DNA of 64,000 bases from Candidatus Micrarchaeota archaeon (GCA_043821365.1 JBDRCX010000006.1:192001-256000), one strand, 5' to 3'; shown: positions 10,506-19,850, counted from the first letter of the stretch. Notes: generated by a model from the sequence alone, not told the origin. Numbers and translations: made by a program.

Positions 10506-10576
10506 TTAATCGACAGGTAGGTATAAATGAGTAACCCATAGGCTGATTTTTAAAATTCTAGTCTAGTATAATTAAT

Positions 10577-11659
10577 ATGGACTACACTATTTCTACACTG
10601 GGAAGCCATTCGGCACTTGATGTGTCTGAGGGTGCAAAAAAAGAAGGCTACAATACTTTAGTTGTTGCGCAAAAAGGAAGAGAAAAAACTTATTTGGGAC
10701 CATATAAAACCAGAAAACGCGGAGAAAATGAAATTGGAGTTATTGATGAACTTCTTTTGCTTAATAGATTTAATGAAATCCTAGACGAAAAAAACAGAGA
10801 ATTCATGAAAAAACGGAATTGTATCTTTGTACCAAACCGATCATTTGCTGTCTATGTTGGATACGATGGGATAGAAAAACAGTTTGACATACCGATATTT
10901 GGAAATAAATATTTGCTTAGAGCAGAGGAAAGAGATGTTGAAAAAAACCAATATTATTTGATGAAGAAGGCAGGAGTTAGAACACCAAAACAATTTCGAT
11001 CTCCGGATGAAATTGATAGATTAAGTATAGTAAAAGTAAGTGAAGCAAAACGAACATATGAAAGAGCTTTTTTTCTTGCTAGAAATTATGAAGAGTACAC
11101 AGAAAGAAGTGAGAGGCTAATCAAAGATGGTAAAACAACAAAAGAACAATTAGAAAAAGCAACCATAGAGGAGTATGTTGTTGGTTCTCAATTCAACTTG
11201 AACTTTTTCTATTCACCAGTACACGAAGAACTAGAACTTTTAGGAATTGATACACGAAGGCAAACTAATTTAGATGGTTATCTAAGAATGCCTGCAGATG
11301 CTCAACTAGACCTGTTGAGAATGCAACAGCCATCAACCATAGAGGTTGGGCACATTGCATGCACTTTAAGGGAATCTCTTTTAGAACAGGTATATGAGAT
11401 TGGTGAAAAATTTGTGGGTGCTATTCAGAAAGAGTATAAAAACGGGATAATTGGACCATTTGCATTACAAGGTGCGTTTGTAGAGGAAGAAGGAGAAAAA
11501 TTCATCTGTTTTGATGTATCATTAAGAATGCCTGGCTCGCCAGGAACACGATTTACTCCATATTCAGAATATTTATTCAGGGAAAGTATAAGTTTTGGCA
11601 GAAGAATTGCTAGGGAGATAAAAGACGCAAAAAATAAAATAGAAATAATAACGACTTAA
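10577..11659 (+). CDS. purP: FAICAR synthetase family (PurP, ATP-grasp)
   Basis: TLGSHSALD, FVPNRSF, IFGNKYLLRAEER, ERAFF, RESLLE, IIGPFALQ and RMPGSPG motifs. Confidence 0.92.
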   Translation: MDYTISTLGSHSALDVSEGAKKEGYNTLVVAQKGREKTYLGPYKTRKRGENEIGVIDELLLLNRFNEILDEKNREFMKKRNCIFVPNRSFAVYVGYDGIEKQFDIPIFGNKYLLRAEERDVEKNQYYLMKKAGVRTPKQFRSPDEIDRLSIVKVSEAKRTYERAFFLARNYEEYTERSERLIKDGKTTKEQLEKATIEEYVVGSQFNLNFFYSPVHEELELLGIDTRRQTNLDGYLRMPADAQLDLLRMQQPSTIEVGHIACTLRESLLEQVYEIGEKFVGAIQKEYKNGIIGPFALQGAFVEEEGEKFICFDVSLRMPGSPGTRFTPYSEYLFRESISFGRRIAREIKDAKNKIEIITT

Positions 11660-12063
11660 TAATAGCCGCGACTATTCTGCCCCAGTAAGAATGGCGTAAG
11701 CATTTTGTATGCTTTTCGAGGTTTATCTACTTTTATGGCAAATACCCCATCTTCTCTATCAGTAGATAACATTGAAAGTTCAGTTACAATGATATTTTCA
11801 AACTCCAACATTTCAGTTATCTTTTCCATCGAATTACTGGAAACTTTTACGACTATTGAATCTGGGTGCGTCATGCTAAAACCATTTGACTCAAGTATTA
11901 ATGAGGCTTTTTTGGGGTCTTTTACTTCAAGAGAGATGATTGCTTTCCCTCCTACCACATCAACGAACAAACCATCAATATTAACACTTGATTTACCTAA
12001 AATGTAAGATATGTCAGCTAATAACCCAACCTTATCATCCGATATAATTGTTACAGATTTCAT
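11656..12063 (-). CDS. Tandem ACT-domain protein
   Basis: DDKVGLLADISYILGKSSVNI ACT signature; two ACT-length units. Confidence 0.85.
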   Translation of the reverse strand: MKSVTIISDDKVGLLADISYILGKSSVNIDGLFVDVVGGKAIISLEVKDPKKASLILESNGFSMTHPDSIVVKVSSNSMEKITEMLEFENIIVTELSMLSTDREDGVFAIKVDKPRKAYKMLTPFLLGQNSRGYY

Positions 12064-12071
12064 AATCCCAC

Positions 12072-12350
12072 CTACAACATTTGAACAAGATCATTTCCGA
12101 TCATGTCCAACTCTCTAAATGTTTTATAATTATCAGAAGGGCCAACCATAAATGCACGGACTTTTGCTCGTGCTATTGACTTTACAACTTGCATTTTTTC
12201 TAATGTAGTAAGTTGAATTTCTTCCTTGCGTAAAACATTGCACAGTGCTTCCATATGATGGAGAACACTATATGGATCACATTCTAAGGAAGAAGTTATA
12301 CTCAATATTTTTTTGGTCCTTTGTCTACTTTTTCTGGTTTTTTTGTACAT
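12072..12350 (-). CDS. Hypothetical protein
   Basis: Fills an intergenic gap; SD-like GGGGG before ATG 12350. Confidence 0.6.
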   Translation of the reverse strand: MYKKTRKSRQRTKKILSITSSLECDPYSVLHHMEALCNVLRKEEIQLTTLEKMQVVKSIARAKVRAFMVGPSDNYKTFRELDMIGNDLVQML

Positions 12351-12539
12351 AACTAACCCCCACATAGAAGATATATATCTAAGGTTATATTAATATGTTT
12401 CGTAATTTTTTATGTGAAATTTATCAATTAGAGCATATATTTTATGTAAAATTCCACTGTATTTTTGTTACAAACGAGTAATTGTACAACCACAACTTAC
12501 ACAGAAAAAGAATAAATTGGTTGGTAACAAATAAAAAAC

Positions 12540-13424
12540 ATGCGAATTGTTATTGCCGATCAGATGGAAGACGTAGTAGTTGAAGAAATAAAAAAACTAG
12601 GCGAAGTTGAATACAAGCCAACAGATGTGAAAAAATCCCTTGAAAATGCAGATGTAGTCATTGTTAGGAGTGCTACAAAGCTCACAAGAGAACTTATATC
12701 TGAGGTAAAAAACCTGAAAATGGTCATCAGGGCAGGTGTTGGACTGGATAATGTAGACAAAAAAGCCTGTGAAGAAAAGAATATTAGGGTATTAAACACG
12801 CCAAACGCATCGAGTAATGCAGTTGCAGAGTTAGTGCTTGGATTAATGATAGCAATGCTAAGAAACGTGCAAAAGGCACACCACCAAATGAAAAACGGTA
12901 AATGGGATAAGAAGAATCTCACTGGAACAGAGATAGCAGGAAAGACCCTTGGAATTATTGGTTATGGACGAATTGGTGCCATGCTTGGAGATAAAGCACG
13001 ATTACTTGGGATGGAGATCATTTCATACAATCCACTCCCAAGACCAGACGTAAAGAACGTTGTCTTTATAGATAGTTTAGATGATTTTCTTGCAAAGGCA
13101 GATGTCATTTCATTACATGTCCCTGCGACTAATGAAACATGTAACATGATAAACAAGGAAAATATTGAAAAAATGAAAACCGGGATTTTTATTATTAATA
13201 CGTCAAGGGGAGAAGTTATAGATGAGGATGCACTCTACGATGCATGTAAGACAGGAAAAATTGCAGGTGTTGCTCTAGATGTTTACAAACATGAGCCATA
13301 CACTGGAAAACTTCTTGAACTTGAAAACGTGTTTTTTACACCGCACCTTGGAGCAGGAACAAAAGAAGCACAAATTAGAATTGGCCAAGAAGTGATTACT
13401 ATTCTGAAAAATGAGCTGAAATAA
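12540..13424 (+). CDS. D-isomer-specific 2-hydroxyacid dehydrogenase (SerA-like, no ACT domain)
   Basis: VIVRSATK, RAGVGLDNVD, GIIGYGRIG, INTSRG, LDVYKHEP and TPHLGAGT motifs. Confidence 0.92.
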   Translation: MRIVIADQMEDVVVEEIKKLGEVEYKPTDVKKSLENADVVIVRSATKLTRELISEVKNLKMVIRAGVGLDNVDKKACEEKNIRVLNTPNASSNAVAELVLGLMIAMLRNVQKAHHQMKNGKWDKKNLTGTEIAGKTLGIIGYGRIGAMLGDKARLLGMEIISYNPLPRPDVKNVVFIDSLDDFLAKADVISLHVPATNETCNMINKENIEKMKTGIFIINTSRGEVIDEDALYDACKTGKIAGVALDVYKHEPYTGKLLELENVFFTPHLGAGTKEAQIRIGQEVITILKNELK

Positions 13425-14158
13425 TGACAATAGATCTGTTCTTTGGTGCAATTGCAGTAACATTAGCCACCTCGCTAGGTGCCATAACATCCTCATTTTT
13501 CAACAAAATGGCATCGCGATGGTATGTTTTCTTGCTTGCATTTTCAGCAGGTATGATGACATACGCTGCGATAGAGATGTTTAATGAATCTAATCGAAGC
13601 GCAGGAATTGAAATAGCATTAACTGGATTTTTTATTGGAGTTGTACTTATATTTATTGCAGAAAAAGCAATCCCCCATTTACACAAACATATAAAAAAAA
13701 CAGATATTCCAACATCTAAAAAAAAGGTTACCTTAGTTGTTGGTACTATAGTCCTCCACAACATACCAGAAGGTTTTGCAGTCGCTGCTGCGTTTGCAGT
13801 TTCACCAACCCTTGGTTGGTTCATAACAACTGCTATTGCGATACAAGACGTACCTGAAGGTGCCCTTGTTACTGGTCCTTTGGCTTATTATGGTCTGGAC
13901 AATAAGAAATCAGTGTTTTATGGTATTATGTCTGGAGTGGTTGAGGGGTTGTCGGCAATAATTGGATATGTGTTTCTAACAATAATAGTTGGAATAACCC
14001 CGATTGCATTAGGCATATCAGCAGGTGCTATGACCTATGTAGTATTGATGGAATTGTTACCTGATGCATTTGAAAAACAAGAAAACAGAGCTGCTTGCGT
14101 GCTTGCATTTCTCGGAGGCATTACCCTAACCATTCTGCTTGCTGGTTTGTTCTCTTAG
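13424..14158 (+). CDS. ZIP family zinc/metal transporter (ZupT-like)
   Basis: LHNIPEG and AIAIQDVPEG motifs; multi-TM. Confidence 0.92.
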   Translation: MTIDLFFGAIAVTLATSLGAITSSFFNKMASRWYVFLLAFSAGMMTYAAIEMFNESNRSAGIEIALTGFFIGVVLIFIAEKAIPHLHKHIKKTDIPTSKKKVTLVVGTIVLHNIPEGFAVAAAFAVSPTLGWFITTAIAIQDVPEGALVTGPLAYYGLDNKKSVFYGIMSGVVEGLSAIIGYVFLTIIVGITPIALGISAGAMTYVVLMELLPDAFEKQENRAACVLAFLGGITLTILLAGLFS

Positions 14159-14461
14159 CTATTCAATTTCTGCTTCTATAGTGTCTGCTTCTACAGTAAT
14201 TGAAGATTTTTTTGTAAAGTTTGATGGAGACATACCCTTAGGGAATACCACCGTACTCTTGTGTTTTATTGGAAGTTTAAGTTCTTCAGCAAGACGGACC
14301 ATCTCTGTCGCAGGCATATAATGTTTACATACTAAAAAAGGAACTTCGCCTTGGGAAGTGTTTTCCTTCACAACATCTAAGCGATGACTTTGTCTTAGAC
14401 CAGCAACATAAACTTTTACATCAACATAACCGCGTTTCAAAATCTCATTTTTGTCATTCAT
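14159..14461 (-). CDS. Hypothetical protein
   Basis: SD GGGGTGGG before ATG 14461; overlaps the NAD kinase stop. Confidence 0.65.
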   Translation of the reverse strand: MNDKNEILKRGYVDVKVYVAGLRQSHRLDVVKENTSQGEVPFLVCKHYMPATEMVRLAEELKLPIKHKSTVVFPKGMSPSNFTKKSSITVEADTIEAEIE

Positions 14462-15158
14462 TTTTACCCACCCCATTGAAGAATATCATATCAGAACCTT
14501 TCCTTATATTCACTACCTCACCAGGTTTTAAATTTCTGATGAAAATGCCATCAAGTATAAAAGCACAATCAGAACCTGCTTTTATTGATACTTTTTCATT
14601 TTCACTTAATACAAGAGGGAGAAATGCACGTTTATATGCACATATGGGCACCACACTAATGTTCCGTTCTTTTGGTTTGAATTTTCTTCCTCCTGCAGAA
14701 AATGCATATGCAGTAGAGCCAACTGGAGATGAGATTATCATCCCATCTCCTTCAAAGAAATATATTCTGCCTTTTGTTTTGACACCCATCTCAACAACCC
14801 TATAATGAGTTGCGTGAACAACAATATCATTTAACACACGATAACTTTTTCCACTAACTTCGCAGTTTAGGGTCATTATCTTTTCAAATTTTTTGGATTC
14901 TAATATTTTTACTGATTCTTTCCAGTTTTTGTGGTGAATTTGACAGATATAACTTGTATCCCCACCTATCCCAAGGACTGCTCCTTCAATGTCCCCATTA
15001 TGCCCAGCATAAAGAACAGTTCCATCGCCCCCAATACAGACAGTTGCATCTGCCTCTTTTGTCACAATGATATGTTTTTGTGATAAGAAATCACTGATTT
15101 TTTTAGCAAGAGCTTTTGCCCACGCTTTCTTAGGATTTGCAATAATTTTGATTTTCAT
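14454..15158 (-). CDS. nadK: NAD(+) kinase
   Basis: CIGGDGTVL, VLNDIVV, GDGMIISSPVGSTAYAFSAGG and ILDG motifs; start placed at MKIKIIANP. Confidence 0.92.
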   Translation of the reverse strand: MKIKIIANPKKAWAKALAKKISDFLSQKHIIVTKEADATVCIGGDGTVLYAGHNGDIEGAVLGIGGDTSYICQIHHKNWKESVKILESKKFEKIMTLNCEVSGKSYRVLNDIVVHATHYRVVEMGVKTKGRIYFFEGDGMIISSPVGSTAYAFSAGGRKFKPKERNISVVPICAYKRAFLPLVLSENEKVSIKAGSDCAFILDGIFIRNLKPGEVVNIRKGSDMIFFNGVGKNE

Positions 15159-15162
15159 ATTC

Positions 15163-16266
15163 TCATTCCAGGTCTTTTTTAAACTTATTAAGCTTGACAA
15201 GAGCAAGTCCAAAACTCTGCCATTTGCCATCTTGCATTTTGTAAAAATCATTATCAGTAATCAAGATAATTATATCATTGGTGTTTTTACTACAGTCTTC
15301 CCCTTCACATAAAGAAAACTCCACCCCCACCTCTCCAAGATATTCTCCATCCTGGGGTTCAAATAGGGATGCACCGGAAAGTTCAGATATGTCTCTTGAT
15401 GTTTCAATTTTTTGCTCAGATAAACCAACCACACAGTGCCCAAGTAATTGATTTGTAGTATAAGAAGTGGTATAGCAGATAACAACCGGATTAAGATCTT
15501 TTAATGAACCGAAATTTACTTCTTCTGCATGATCATAATACCAAATACGACCATCTCCCTCATAAACAATGAATTCACCATTTCCAGATTCCCATCCTAT
15601 TACATCAGTGTCTGGATTGTTTTCTTTGATGTCATTTAGAATTGCTTTCAAAAAGAGAGAATAATCCTCACAATCTCCACCGCCTCTTGAAACTAATTCA
15701 TCCAGAGGATATAATTTATCTGGATTTTCATTTTTGTAAGAAAATTTTAAATTTTTCTTCATAAAAAACTCAATGCATGCAAGATTAAGACCATCATCCA
15801 TGCATTTTTTTTCTATATAAGACACGAAATAATCTAGAGATGGGGGCATGTTGGAATTGGCACTAAACCATTCCATTGATTCATTTATTGTTTGCTCTAT
15901 GTTTTCGACTTCAAGTTTTAAAGTTTCAAATCCTTCTTGGGCTTCTTCTAAGGATAGTGATTTGTTTGCAAGTTCTTGTTTGGTTGTGTTGAGCTCAATT
16001 TGAGTAGAAAGAAGAAGATTATGAGTATTCTCCAGTTCTTGGTTTTTCTCCATAATTTGATCGCCAAGATCATCAATTTGATCAGATTGCACTAGGATGG
16101 TTGAATTAAGCAATGTGATTGTGTTCATAAGATGGGATTTTTCAGCATCAAAACTAGTTTGTTGTTTTGTGATGTCTCCTTGAAAAGAGAGAACCAGAGT
16201 TATTAGTATTGCATTTGAAAGAAATAGCAAGAGTATAAGTGCGATATCTAGTTTAGACAGGTTCAC
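15163..16266 (-). CDS. Membrane-anchored coiled-coil protein with transglutaminase-like Cys-protease domain
   Basis: N-terminal TM, heptad region, GGGDCEDYS (Cys), GHCVVG (His), LFEPQ (acidic). Confidence 0.75.
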   Translation of the reverse strand: MNLSKLDIALILLLFLSNAILITLVLSFQGDITKQQTSFDAEKSHLMNTITLLNSTILVQSDQIDDLGDQIMEKNQELENTHNLLLSTQIELNTTKQELANKSLSLEEAQEGFETLKLEVENIEQTINESMEWFSANSNMPPSLDYFVSYIEKKCMDDGLNLACIEFFMKKNLKFSYKNENPDKLYPLDELVSRGGGDCEDYSLFLKAILNDIKENNPDTDVIGWESGNGEFIVYEGDGRIWYYDHAEEVNFGSLKDLNPVVICYTTSYTTNQLLGHCVVGLSEQKIETSRDISELSGASLFEPQDGEYLGEVGVEFSLCEGEDCSKNTNDIIILITDNDFYKMQDGKWQSFGLALVKLNKFKKDLE

Positions 16267-16337
16267 AGATTGGATAGGTAAATTAGATTTAAATTGTTAT
16301 AGTCGATTATAATAAAAAAATAGAAAATAAAAAAAGA

Positions 16338-17417
16338 TTAACCTAGAACTTCAAGGTCAGAAGAATAGGTTGGGATTACTGTTTCTTCATCAATCATTGA
16401 TGAACCAGCAACTGAAGCACCTTTTACGCCAGTAACTATTGCAACTATTTCTAGTTTGCCTTCATAGTTTTGCATAATTCTTGCTCCCCATTTGACGTTT
16501 GCTTCAGCATCCATCTTTTCAGTTACCCATTCACCAGCTTTGATTGCGTCTCCTAAGGTAAGGTCACTACCACCAGTGATGTGGATAAGTGCGCCCTTTG
16601 CACCTTCAAAGTCAACATCTAGTAATCTGTTTTTTATGACTCCATCTGCAGCAGCTTTAACTTTATCATTTCCTTTACCTTCACCAACTGCAATGAAACC
16701 AACGCCTCCGCCTTCCATGATTGCACGGACATCGGCAAAGTCAATGTTGATCAAAGACGGTTGTGTAATTGTCCAAACAAGACCGCTAATTGCTCTTGAG
16801 AGAATCTCATCAGCAACTGCAAATGCTTCTGCCATTGGTAAATTTGGAACCAACTGAACCAATCTATTGTTATCAAGAATGATAACTGAATCGCAGCTCT
16901 TTTTCAGAAGTTTTATACCGTCTTCTGCCCTCTTTTTTCTTGCTCTTTCCAAAGCAAATGGGTAGGTAACCATTGCAACAACAATTGCTCCTTGTTCTTT
17001 TGCAATCTGAGCAATAATTGGAGCAGCACCACCACCAGTACCACCACCCATACCAGCACAAACGAATACAAGGTGGGCACCTTCAAGTTCTCTTTCAACC
17101 AAAGGCCTGTCTACTTCACAGGACTTGGCTCCAATATCTGGATAGCCCCCTGCACCCAAACCTTTTGTAACGGACTTACCAATCAATACTTTTTTGGCTC
17201 TCTCGTGAACAATGTTCAAATGCTGCTTATCTGTGTTAACAGCAACTAAATCAGTACCTTTAACTCCAGACTTTATAAGTCTGTTAATGGTGTTGTTACC
17301 AGCACCACCCACACCGACAGTAACAATCTTAATACATTCAGAGCTGAGTGCATCAGATGATGATTTATCGGCTTGCGGCGTATTTTCCCCGACTACTGAT
17401 CTTACCAAATCTTCCAT
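16338..17417 (-). CDS. ftsZ: Cell division protein FtsZ
   Basis: [15 protein letters not shown] and INIDFADV motifs; SD GGTGA before ATG 17417. Confidence 0.97.
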   Translation of the reverse strand: MEDLVRSVVGENTPQADKSSSDALSSECIKIVTVGVGGAGNNTINRLIKSGVKGTDLVAVNTDKQHLNIVHERAKKVLIGKSVTKGLGAGGYPDIGAKSCEVDRPLVERELEGAHLVFVCAGMGGGTGGGAAPIIAQIAKEQGAIVVAMVTYPFALERARKKRAEDGIKLLKKSCDSVIILDNNRLVQLVPNLPMAEAFAVADEILSRAISGLVWTITQPSLINIDFADVRAIMEGGGVGFIAVGEGKGNDKVKAAADGVIKNRLLDVDFEGAKGALIHITGGSDLTLGDAIKAGEWVTEKMDAEANVKWGARIMQNYEGKLEIVAIVTGVKGASVAGSSMIDEETVIPTYSSDLEVLG

Positions 17418-17436
17418 ATTTTTCACCTTATTTAAA

Positions 17437-17520
17437 TTAAGTAAAAATGCATTGCATTTTTACACCTTAATACTTTCCTGGTCGTTTTTTCTCTCGAATA
17501 CGAGAGTAAGTAATGACCGG
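17437..17520 (-). promoter_or_regulatory. Structured ftsZ leader with mini-uORF
   Basis: Hairpin CTCTCG/CGAGAG inside GGTC/GACC; 11-bp inverted repeat at 17441-17463; uORF MQCIFT* at 17457-17437 with its own AAGGTG SD. Confidence 0.45.
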
Positions 17521-17614
17521 TCCGGGGATTTAAATAGTTTTTGTTTTACGTCTGAATAATGACAACATAAAAGAACAAATAAGAAGACATGATGAAGGAT
17601 ACCGAGGGAAAAGC

Positions 17615-17641
17615 ATAAATACATTGACTAAATGTATTTAT
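17615..17641. promoter_or_regulatory. Probable VapBC autoregulatory operator
   Basis: Perfect 11-bp inverted repeat ATAAATACATT-GACTA-AATGTATTTAT upstream of the antitoxin gene. Confidence 0.6.
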
Positions 17642-17682
17642 CAAAATATGAATAGAAATGTGTTCATTTAGGGGTGATCAAG

Positions 17683-17898
17683 ATGGTAAAGGTGATAACA
17701 ATAATGGATGATGTATACGCAGACCTTTATAGATTGAAAAAATCCAAAGCTATGAGTTTTAGTGAGATTTTGAGATTTTTGTTGAAAGAGAAAAGAGAGG
17801 GGAGTAGCATTATCAGTCTTGCTGGAAGTATAGAAGAAACTGACATTAACCACCGTGAGGTAGAACGGATAAAACGGGAGAGAGTACTTAATCGATAG
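17683..17898 (+). CDS. vapB: Archaeal VapB-type (RHH) antitoxin
   Basis: KVITIMDDVYADLYRLKK...SFSEILRFLL pattern; SD GGGGTGA. Confidence 0.8.
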   Translation: MVKVITIMDDVYADLYRLKKSKAMSFSEILRFLLKEKREGSSIISLAGSIEETDINHREVERIKRERVLNR

Positions 17899-17920
17899 AT
17901 GTGTGCGATCAGAAAAACAT

Positions 17921-17967
17921 GCCCAGTTAAACAAAGAGTTTTTGGGCGCTTTTTACCAAAAAGCGCA
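17921..17967. repeat. Double-hairpin palindromic element, copy 1 (between vapB and vapC)
   Basis: GCCCA...AAAC/GTTT...TGGGC, then GCGCTTTTT-ACC-AAAAAGCGC; 19 of 22 nt identical to 22434-22455. Confidence 0.65.
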
Positions 17968-17978
17968 GGTGAATAAAA

Positions 17979-18353
17979 ATGGAAAGAATTTGTTTGGATT
18001 TTGAAGCTGCACTTGATTTTCTTCGAGGAGACCCGAATATTATTGATAAGATGAGGTATTATGCGGATCATGAAGAAATTTGTATAACAAGTTTAACAAT
18101 GATGCACCTCCTCGAGGTTGTTAACAAACCAGAGGTAGTTTTATCTTTCTGTGCCAATGTCACCATATTATCATTTGATAAGAAAGCTGCCCAGATTGCC
18201 TCGAAAATACTCAGTGATATGAAAGATAAGAGTGAAGGTTTTAGAATAACAGATAGCACATTAACAGCTGCAATTTGCATGTCTAATGAAGCATTTTTAT
18301 TCACAAGAACAACCGGAAAGTTTGACGGAATAAAAGGATTAAGAAAAGTTTAG
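17979..18353 (+). CDS. vapC: PIN-domain (VapC-like) protein with degenerate active site
   Basis: ICLD..., ITSLT, FDKKAAQIA, ITDSTLTAAIC and LFTR PIN pattern; SD AGGTGA. Confidence 0.75.
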   Translation: MERICLDFEAALDFLRGDPNIIDKMRYYADHEEICITSLTMMHLLEVVNKPEVVLSFCANVTILSFDKKAAQIASKILSDMKDKSEGFRITDSTLTAAICMSNEAFLFTRTTGKFDGIKGLRKV

Positions 18354-18381
18354 TTTATATCTTCTAATAATAGGAGATTAC

Positions 18382-18445
18382 GGACCTTGTTGCGAATGGT
18401 GATCCGTTCGCGACTATCAAAAAGCTTTGTTTTTTGACATGGTCC
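18382..18445 (+). promoter_or_regulatory. Three-way-junction RNA leader upstream of purQ
   Basis: P1 GGACC/GGTCC, P2 11 bp, P3 9 bp; TATA-like TTTATAT at 18354-18360; followed by TTTTT and the start codon. Confidence 0.55.
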
Positions 18446-18460
18446 TTTTTATGTGATATT

Positions 18461-19231
18461 ATGACGCTCAAAGCATTAATAGTAACTGGATATGGAATAA
18501 ATTGTGAGAATGAAAGCAAATATTCAATTGAAAAAAGCGGTGGAAATGCAGAAATCATCCACGTGAATAAACTCCTTGACAATCCAAAAATGCTTGAAGA
18601 TTACAACATGTTTTTTGTACCAGGTGGTTTTGCTTTTGGTGATGATCTTGGGTCTGGAAAAGTTTTCGGCAATAAGATGAAATTCAAAATAAAAGACCAA
18701 TTAGAGGAATTTGTCAACGCAGGAAAATTAGTGGTGGGAATTTGTAATGGATTTCAGGCGTTAGTAAAGATGGGACTGTTACCAGAACCTGATTTTCAAC
18801 AAAGAGTTAGCCTTGTTGGAAATGAATCAGGCTATTTTGAGGATAGGTGGGTAATATTAAGAACAAACACTGCTTCTCCTTGTATATATACAAAGGGGAT
18901 AGAATACCTTTTTGTACCTGTTAGACACGGCGAAGGAAAATTCATACCAAAAGACCAAAATACTCTTGATCAACTAAAAGAAAAAAACCAGATTGTTTTT
19001 CAATATGTTGATGAAAATAAAAATCTTGGAGGTTATCCACACAACCCAAACGGTTCAGTTGAGAATATAGCTGGAATTTGTGATAAAAGTGGAAGGATAT
19101 TTGGAATGATGCCACACCCGGAAGCATTTAACATGCCAGAGAACTGCCCTTATTGGATTAAAGGGACGATAAAAGAAGGGTATGGATTGCGAATTTTCAA
19201 AAATGCAGTGGAATTTATGAAAGACTATTGA
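18461..19231 (+). CDS. purQ: Phosphoribosylformylglycinamidine synthase glutaminase subunit
   Basis: GYGINCENE, PGGFAFGDDLGSG, GICNGFQ, HGEG, NPNGS and GMMPHPE motifs. Confidence 0.95.
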   Translation: MTLKALIVTGYGINCENESKYSIEKSGGNAEIIHVNKLLDNPKMLEDYNMFFVPGGFAFGDDLGSGKVFGNKMKFKIKDQLEEFVNAGKLVVGICNGFQALVKMGLLPEPDFQQRVSLVGNESGYFEDRWVILRTNTASPCIYTKGIEYLFVPVRHGEGKFIPKDQNTLDQLKEKNQIVFQYVDENKNLGGYPHNPNGSVENIAGICDKSGRIFGMMPHPEAFNMPENCPYWIKGTIKEGYGLRIFKNAVEFMKDY

Positions 19232-19711
19232 TTACAAAAATTGGGAGATTAAATAGCCGATAGAAGGAATTGCCAATATTGAAAGAGAAACCAGAAAGAT
19301 TGTGTGCATCAAATCAAGAAATTCTTGTGTAAAAAAAATAGTTATTGATTCTTGTTTTCCCATTCTTTCAAAAAATCTTTTGAAATACCCCATAATAACA
19401 ATCAAGGGCACAGTAACCATTATCACAATATAAAACGATGTTATACCTGGAGTTTTAAGGAATTTAAGCACATCTGCACTGTTATTGAGAACTAGGAGAT
19501 AGATAACACTAAGAATACCCCAAAATAGAAAGAAAAAATCAATTACTCTTCCGTTTTCTGGATATAGGCCTCGAGTATATTCGCCGTCTATGAATTTTAT
19601 TGATCTTGGGAATTCCCAGATTATAAAACCAATTATGAGTAGGATAGATGAGGATAGAAATAACGAGGGTGTGAGAATAGAAAAAAAATCCCCCAGAAGA
19701 TTAAGAGCCAT
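19232..19711 (-). CDS. Hypothetical membrane protein
   Basis: Four hydrophobic segments; start placed at MALNLL (19711), because the longer ORF overlaps the next gene. Confidence 0.7.
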   Translation of the reverse strand: MALNLLGDFFSILTPSLFLSSSILLIIGFIIWEFPRSIKFIDGEYTRGLYPENGRVIDFFFLFWGILSVIYLLVLNNSADVLKFLKTPGITSFYIVIMVTVPLIVIMGYFKRFFERMGKQESITIFFTQEFLDLMHTIFLVSLSILAIPSIGYLISQFL

Positions 19712-19850
19712 TATCAGGATAATCGAATAAAATTTATAAAACATTGTCAGAAAGAATGTGCCGAACCCTAGTAAGACGATAGTCGGAATAAATATAAATG
19801 GTTGGGGCAATAAATGATTATATAAATTCAAGCTACTTGGAGGACGAAAA

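Noticed and set aside
17549-17630. Third C/D sRNA around ATGATGA (17589-95)
   Set aside because: No correctly placed D or D' box downstream and no recognisable rRNA complement.
18382-18445. Known guanine/adenine or ZTP riboswitch
   Set aside because: The junction and loop nucleotides do not match these aptamer consensuses; kept only as a novel candidate.
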